From positions 1-13,375 of the forward strand of contig CBFDTJ010000040.1 of NCBI GenBank assembly GCA_965612865.1: 13,375 nt of DNA, in the 5' to 3' direction. The stretch's first letter is position 1. The number at the start of each line of letters is the position of its first letter. Positions 8,903 through 13,375 of this stretch are shown piece by piece. Under the pieces are notes generated by a model. It saw only the letters and a list, made by a program, of their open reading frames with translations, did no database searches and was not told the origin of the DNA. The translations under genes and the position numbers were made by a program. The stretch comes from an uncultured bacterium (GTDB taxonomy: Bacteria; Caldisericota; Caldisericia; B22-G15).

Positions 8903-9668
8903 TTTCTTTTATCACTCCCCTTACAATAAAGAGTGTCAAGACTGCTACAATCACCATTAACACACCTGCACCTGCTGCAAACTTTATATCACCTGAAGAA
9001 ACAGAGAGATATACAGAGATAGGAAGAGTTTCAGTCCTTAGCCTTGTGGCACCTGCTATCATTAGAGTTGCACCGAACTCACCCATGGCTCTACTCCAAC
9101 CAACTATTGCTCCAGTGAGAATTCCCTTTTTACTTAGAGGAAATACTATCCTCCTGAACACATCGAAATCTGAAAGTCCCATAATCTTCCCCATGAACTC
9201 ATATCTTTTATTTACCTTAAAAAATGCAATTTCAGCGCTTCTCTCTATGTATGGAGTAATTATTATGAATTGAGCAAATATAACTCCGAGAGGCGAAAAT
9301 AAAAAGGAAATTCCAAATCTCTCAATAATTTTACCGAAACTCCCACCAAATAAAATAAGAAAGGATAAACCTGTAATTAGTGGTGGAAGAAAAATGGGAA
9401 TGTCTATAATACTCTCCACAAACTGCTTAAGTGGAAAATTAACTCTGGATAAAAAATATGCTATTGGTATGGAAAAAATTAGAGAGAGAAGAAGCGAAAT
9501 TAAAGATGTAGCAATAGAAAACTTAACAGCGAATATAAACTCGTAAGAGACAAGGGTTTCTTTTAACCCCTGGAGTCCTGTTTTTGAAAATAAAGAGATT
9601 ACACCAGATAAAATAATTAAAATAAAAAGGATTAGAAAAACAAAGCTGATCGCATTAATTTTCTTCAT
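8889..9668 (-). CDS. modB: Molybdate/tungstate ABC transporter permease (ModB/WtpB)
   Basis: DIPIFLPPLITG, EAA-like loop YEFMGKIMG...FRRIVFPL, WSRAMGEFGATLMIAG, TETLP; multiple TM segments. Confidence 0.92.
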   Translation of the reverse strand: MKKINAISFVFLILFILIILSGVISLFSKTGLQGLKETLVSYEFIFAVKFSIATSLISLLLSLIFSIPIAYFLSRVNFPLKQFVESIIDIPIFLPPLITGLSFLILFGGSFGKIIERFGISFLFSPLGVIFAQFIIITPYIERSAEIAFFKVNKRYEFMGKIMGLSDFDVFRRIVFPLSKKGILTGAIVGWSRAMGEFGATLMIAGATRLRTETLPISVYLSVSSGDIKFAAGAGVLMVIVAVLTLFIVRGVIKENAYH

Positions 9669-10422
9669 CTTTCACCACAAATCCATATTTTTTAAATATC
9701 TCTTTTCCATGTTCAGAGATCACAAAAGATAAGTAATCTCTGCTTAACTTTTCGTTCTTTGTAAACTTAACAATACCTATAGGTATTGTTTTTATCTCAT
9801 TAAATTTCTCCTCAATGGGAATAATCTCTAAATCTATTCCAAACTGAACAGCAGATGATCGCCATACAATGGATGCGTCAACGAAATTACTATTTACATC
9901 AAGAACCAACTTGCTAACAGCTCCCTCTCTGACGACGACATTCCTCTTTACATCCTCATAAATGCAGGCTTTTTCAAGAATCTTCCTGGTGACAGGTCCA
10001 ATGGCAAGAGAACTCTCATCCCCAAGAGCAATTTTGAGTCCCTCCCTAGTTAAATCTAAAAGTCCTTTTATGTTTTTGGGATTTCCTTTTTTCACCACTA
10101 TAACTGGAATATGATACAAGAACTCAACTCCTTTATCAACCAGACCCTTTTCTTCAGCAATTTTGTAGTGATACATACTTCCAGGCATAAAGAGATCCCC
10201 TCTTCTTGTAGTTTCAATCTGTGAAAGTAAACTACCAGAACCACCATATACAATATTGATTTTTACATTGTTTTTCTCCTCATATATACCTTTTAATTCA
10301 TCCATTGGTTTTTTCATTCCTGCCCCAACAAAGATTAAAAGTTCTTCCTTCTCCTTTTCTTTGCAAGCTACAATAGATAGTAGAGTGATTAAAATTATTA
10401 AAAAGATGGCAAATCTTTTCAA
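9655..10422 (-). CDS. modA: Molybdate ABC transporter substrate-binding lipoprotein ModA
   Basis: Signal peptide with lipobox-like IVAC, FVGAGM, YGGSGSLLSQI, GDLFMPGS, KGNPKNI, IFKKYGF. TTG start with RBS AAGGAGGT at 10428-10435 (- strand). Confidence 0.9.
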   Translation of the reverse strand: MKRFAIFLIILITLLSIVACKEKEKEELLIFVGAGMKKPMDELKGIYEEKNNVKINIVYGGSGSLLSQIETTRRGDLFMPGSMYHYKIAEEKGLVDKGVEFLYHIPVIVVKKGNPKNIKGLLDLTREGLKIALGDESSLAIGPVTRKILEKACIYEDVKRNVVVREGAVSKLVLDVNSNFVDASIVWRSSAVQFGIDLEIIPIEEKFNEIKTIPIGIVKFTKNEKLSRDYLSFVISEHGKEIFKKYGFVVKDEEN

Positions 10423-10425
10423 TCC

Positions 10426-11040
10426 TTACCTCCTTAAAATATTTCTGTCATTCACATGAAAATACTCTATTCTATCAGCATAGTGCTTTAATAGATATGG
10501 AAGTCCCTTTTCTTTTCTCAGGGAAATAAGGAGTGGAATAATACTCCTTGAAAAGACTATGGGATGCCCCTTTCTTCCCTTGTAGGAAGGAATAAGAATC
10601 TCCTTCTTTGTGGTAAGCGACCTTTCTATTATTTCATCTATAGTTCTCTTTTCTACCTTATACAGAGTCCCAAAATGAAGTATAAGAAAATCTGTTCTTA
10701 TACTGACTGCCTTTAAACCAATTTTTAAAGAGGAGTATAAAACATCCTCGGGATCAGGATTAATCACTACTTTTCCATTTAGAAATTCTATTTCTCTAAT
10801 CGCCTTCTCCTCTTTTCTGTTACCAACTACAATCACTACATCATTTATAATAGGGGTAGAAAATACATCTAAAAGGGTCAAAAGATTTTTCAAATTAAAT
10901 TTCCTTGCATAGAGAATAAGGAGAGAAAACTTTTTAAAATTTACCCTAAACTTTGGATCAAAAAATTCTTTACCATTTAAAAAAACTCTATTTCCATCAG
11001 AGTAAAATCCTCTTCCAAGATACAAATCAATCTTTTTCAT
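10426..11040 (-). CDS. Divergent MocA-like NTP-transferase-fold protein with N-terminal extension; probably catalytically impaired
   Basis: VVIVVG, VINPD...SSLKIGL, IPSYKGRKGHPIVF match the MocA/YgfJ family. It lacks the LAAG..SRMG..K loop, the D[QM]P motif and the C-terminal DIDT motif. Confidence 0.7.
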   Translation of the reverse strand: MKKIDLYLGRGFYSDGNRVFLNGKEFFDPKFRVNFKKFSLLILYARKFNLKNLLTLLDVFSTPIINDVVIVVGNRKEEKAIREIEFLNGKVVINPDPEDVLYSSLKIGLKAVSIRTDFLILHFGTLYKVEKRTIDEIIERSLTTKKEILIPSYKGRKGHPIVFSRSIIPLLISLRKEKGLPYLLKHYADRIEYFHVNDRNILRR

Positions 11041-11242
11041 GTCTCTTCAAATAATCTTTCAGAAATTCCTTATTTGTAAGAAATCTTACAGTTTCTACGA
11101 GGCTCTCGTATTCTTCTATGTTTAATAGAACAGCAGATGGTTTCCCTTTTCTTATAACAATGTAGGACTCGCCTTTCTCTACCTTTTTAAGTACTTCAGG
11201 AAGAGTGTTCTTTAGTTTAGTTGCAAAAATTACACCAAGCAT
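11027..11242 (-). CDS. Phd/YefM family antitoxin-like DNA-binding protein
   Basis: ATKLKNTLPEVLKKVEKGESYIVIRKGKPSAVLLNIEEYESLVET is a classic Phd/YefM pattern; 71 aa; RBS GAGGTG upstream; 14-bp overlap with the next gene. Confidence 0.9.
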   Translation of the reverse strand: MLGVIFATKLKNTLPEVLKKVEKGESYIVIRKGKPSAVLLNIEEYESLVETVRFLTNKEFLKDYLKRHEKD

Positions 11243-11255
11243 GATTCACCTCTTT

Positions 11256-11295
11256 TAGCAAATTTATGTATATAATTATAACCATATTTTTGCTA
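11256..11295. repeat. 40-bp imperfect palindrome (16/20 paired), putative operator
   Basis: TAGCAAATTTATGTATATAA|TTATAACCATATTTTTGCTA; perfect TATAATTATA core at 11271-11280 and TAGCAAA/TTTGCTA ends sharing the same centre. Confidence 0.6.
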
Positions 11296-11302
11296 TTTTC
11301 AA
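11275..11302 (-). promoter_or_regulatory. Putative sigma70 promoter of the phd-mocA-like-modABC operon
   Basis: On the - strand: TTGAAA (11302-11297), 16-bp spacer, TATAAT (11280-11275), 32 bp upstream of the ATG at 11242. Confidence 0.6.
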
Positions 11303-11317
11303 GAAATATGGTATAAA
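11290..11317 (+). promoter_or_regulatory. Putative sigma70 promoter of the CDF gene (divergent, overlapping)
   Basis: TTGCTA (11290-11295), 16-bp spacer, TGn-extended TATAAA (11312-11317). Confidence 0.55.
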
Positions 11318-11342
11318 ACAGAGGATAGGTTCAGGAAAAATT

Positions 11343-12242
11343 ATGAAAAAAGAGAAAAGATTAACTTATGTAATTATTCTCAATCTATTCATAGTGCTAA
11401 TCCAAATAATATTTGGATTAATAGCTCACTCCCTTGCTTTAATAACTGATGCTCTTCATAATCTTGAAGATGTGGGTTCCCTCATATTATCTTTTGTAGC
11501 TATAAGAATCACAAAGAAAAAACCATCAAAAAAAATGACATTTGGGTATAAAAGAGCAGAAATTGTAGCAGCTCTGATTAACTCTTCTTTTCTTATAATA
11601 ATTCTCTCCTTTGTCATATATCAAGCCATAAAGAGACTATTGACAGGAGGAGAAGTTAACAGTCTGTATGTAATATATGTTGGACTTTTTGCGTTCATCT
11701 TCAACTCGCTATCGGTTTTTCTTCTTAAAGAAGGACACATGGGACACCTTGAAAAACATAAAGAAGACCTCAATATAAAAGCTGCAACTTTGCATTTACT
11801 TTCAGATGCTGGAATTTCCCTTGGGGTTGTAGTAGGGGGGATTTTGATGTTTTACTTCAAAGCAAACTGGATAGATCCAATTATATCAATAGTGTTCTCC
11901 TCTTACATAATCATAGAGGGATTCAGGATTCTAAAAAAGAGCTTTCTTATCATTATGGAAGCTGCGCCAGAGGAAATTGATATTGAATCTGTTGCTTATA
12001 AATTAAAGAGAGAAATTCCGGAGATACTTGAGATGCACGATATTCATGTATGGGTCCTCTCATCAGAAGAAACACTATTCTCTGCCCATGTTGTCTTAAA
12101 GGAAAATTTGAATATGGATACGATTGAAAAAATAATAGAAAAAATAAGAAAATTATTGAAAAAAATGGGGTTCACACATATAACAATTCAGCCAGAAACA
12201 CAAAAATACAAGACAAACGATATCTTCTGCAATTCTCACTAA
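11343..12242 (+). CDS. czcD: Cation diffusion facilitator family transporter (CzcD/ZitB-like, Zn/Co/Cd efflux)
   Basis: SLALITDALHNLED (TM2 HxxxD), TFGYKRAE, HLLSD (TM5), IDP, HDIHVW, HITIQPE. Confidence 0.93.
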   Translation: MKKEKRLTYVIILNLFIVLIQIIFGLIAHSLALITDALHNLEDVGSLILSFVAIRITKKKPSKKMTFGYKRAEIVAALINSSFLIIILSFVIYQAIKRLLTGGEVNSLYVIYVGLFAFIFNSLSVFLLKEGHMGHLEKHKEDLNIKAATLHLLSDAGISLGVVVGGILMFYFKANWIDPIISIVFSSYIIIEGFRILKKSFLIIMEAAPEEIDIESVAYKLKREIPEILEMHDIHVWVLSSEETLFSAHVVLKENLNMDTIEKIIEKIRKLLKKMGFTHITIQPETQKYKTNDIFCNSH

Positions 12243-12246
12243 ACTC

Positions 12247-12272
12247 TCCTTTATAATTCCTTAACAATCCTT
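12247..12272 (+). promoter_or_regulatory. Three TCCTT direct repeats with 10-11 bp period, possible OmpR-family binding site
   Basis: TCCTT at 12247, 12258 and 12268 (TCCTTTATAAT TCCTTAACAA TCCTTAG), upstream of the DUF4405-like gene and the response regulator. Confidence 0.4.
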
Positions 12273-12309
12273 AGCTATTATTGATAAAAACAATTTAAGG
12301 AGGTAACTC

Positions 12310-12660
12310 ATGAAAAAGTTTAATATGAGAGCAACAGTAAGTTTTCTTGTAACCTTATCTTTTATAATAGTTTTGATCACTGGAATTGGATTGTACATTT
12401 CTCCTTCTGGAAGAATAGCAAGGGAGGTAAGCTGGAATTTGATTGGTGTAAATAAATGGAAACTTGAATCTCTTCATGATGTCTTTGGTTATTTTCTTGC
12501 CATACTTGTTATACTACACCTTTACTTCAACTGGAAAATATTCCTCTCCTACTTAAGAAAAAAACTGGTATTAAAAAGAGAGCTTGTTATAGCAATTATA
12601 ATAATACTTATCATACTCTTTGGAACGCTAAAGGGTATATTTCCCTTCTCTTTAATTTAA
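12310..12660 (+). CDS. DUF4405-like small membrane protein (cytochrome b-like, two conserved His)
   Basis: ITGIGLY..P.GR, W...LHDVFG, LHLYFNW pattern; three TM segments; RBS AAGGAGGT at 12297-12304. Confidence 0.75.
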   Translation: MKKFNMRATVSFLVTLSFIIVLITGIGLYISPSGRIAREVSWNLIGVNKWKLESLHDVFGYFLAILVILHLYFNWKIFLSYLRKKLVLKRELVIAIIIILIILFGTLKGIFPFSLI

Positions 12661-12698
12661 ATCCACCGTAAATGTTGTATATTTAATGGTGTAAGAAA

Positions 12699-13306
12699 AT
12701 GAGAATTCTTGTAATAGAGGATGACAAGGAAATAGGGAAACTTATATCTCTCTACCTTAAAAGGGATGGCTTTGATGTAATGCTTGCAGAGGATGCCAAT
12801 AGAGGATTGAAACTGTTTTACGAAGAAAAGCCATCCCTTATAATACTTGACTTAATGCTTCCAGACTTTTCAGGCTATAAAGTCCTCTCTGAAATTAGAA
12901 AAGAATCAGAGATACCAGTAATAATCGTAACTGCAAAGGGAGAAGAGGAAGATAAAATTGTAGGGTTTAGGAAGGGAGCAGATGATTATATTGTAAAACC
13001 TTTTTCCTTTAAAGAATTGCTGGAACGAGTCAAAGCTGTTTTAAGAAGAGCTGGAGAAGGCGAAATTATAAAGATAAAGAATTTAACGGTATATCCTAAA
13101 AGATTTAAGGTTTTTCTTGATGATAGAGAACTCAATTTGTCTTCTCTGGAATTTAAAATACTTATGGCTCTCATTAAGAAAAGGGGCAGAGTTATCTCAA
13201 GGGAAGAGATATTAAACTCGGTTTATTCACTCTTTGACGAACCTGTTATTGATAGAGCAGTGGACGTTCATATAACTAACTTAAGGAAGAAACTTAAGGA
13301 TAACCC
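12699..13306 (+). CDS. OmpR/PhoB family response regulator, 3'-truncated (CLLYTSPSPRD is adapter)
   Basis: ILVIEDD, ILDLMLP (phospho-Asp), VTAK, GADDYIVKPF, winged-helix DRAVDVHITNLRKKL. Confidence 0.95.
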
Positions 13307-13375
13307 CTGTCTCTTATACACATCTCCGAGCCCACGAGACTAGGCATGATCTCGTATGCCGTCTTCTGCTTGAAA
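13307..13375 (-). other. Sequencing artifact: reverse-complement Nextera mosaic end + Read-2 primer + index N706 + P7, then poly-A
   Basis: 13307-13325 CTGTCTCTTATACACATCT; 13326-13340 CCGAGCCCACGAGAC; 13341-13348 TAGGCATG; 13349-13372 ATCTCGTATGCCGTCTTCTGCTTG. Confidence 0.99.

Noticed and set aside
7633..10459. Short plus-strand ORFs (7633..7962, 8379..8663, 9046..9273, 10256..10459)
   Set aside because: They are antisense shadows of the mod operon genes.
11243..11342. Moco/Wco riboswitch or ModE box upstream of the mod operon
   Set aside because: The predicted leader is only about 25 nt and too AT-rich for the riboswitch. A TATATA is present, but not the ModE CG.TATATA-N6-TATATA.CG arrangement.
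12986..13174. 62-aa minus-strand ORF
   Set aside because: Antisense to the response regulator, with no supporting features.
69..13306. CRISPR array, tRNA, rRNA or IS element
   Set aside because: The region is almost fully protein-coding, the largest intergenic gap is 100 bp, and no regularly spaced repeats, cloverleaf or transposase were seen.
13307..13343. C-terminus CLLYTSPSPRD and stop of the response regulator, or a pseudogene call
   Set aside because: Adapter-derived; the gene is cut by the contig end, not by mutation.
1..13375. Composite Tn5-like transposon or linear element with terminal inverted repeats
   Set aside because: The repeats include the Illumina P7 primer and sample index, no transposase is encoded, and both terminal genes are cut mid-domain. 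This is a library artifact.

Overview
A 13.4-kb AT-rich bacterial contig, with Lys/Glu-rich proteins suggesting a thermophilic anaerobe; the taxon cannot be determined here. Both ends carry an untrimmed Illumina Nextera P7/i7 adapter (index TAGGCATG, N706) in inverted orientation at 1-68 and 13307-13375. Genuine DNA is therefore 69-13306 and the first and last ORFs are truncated, with adapter-derived termini. The left block (+ strand, tightly coupled) encodes a DAK2/FakA fatty-acid kinase, DegV/FakB, a LonC-type Lon-like protease, TsaE, TsaB and an SDH-family ClpP-like serine protease. The middle block (- strand) encodes an orphan Phd/YefM antitoxin-like protein, a degenerate MocA/MobA-like NTP transferase, ModA-ModB-ModC (molybdate/tungstate-type ABC importer), a second degenerate MocA-like protein, and an ECF S component. 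The right block (+ strand) encodes a CzcD-type CDF metal exporter, a DUF4405-like membrane protein and a truncated OmpR-family response regulator. The most unusual element is the middle operon: a toxin-less Phd protein with a 40-bp palindrome over its putative -10 box, overlapping an apparently catalytically dead MocA-fold gene and heading modABC. This is a candidate undescribed regulatory module for Mo/W uptake. No rRNA, tRNA, CRISPR array or genuine mobile element was seen.
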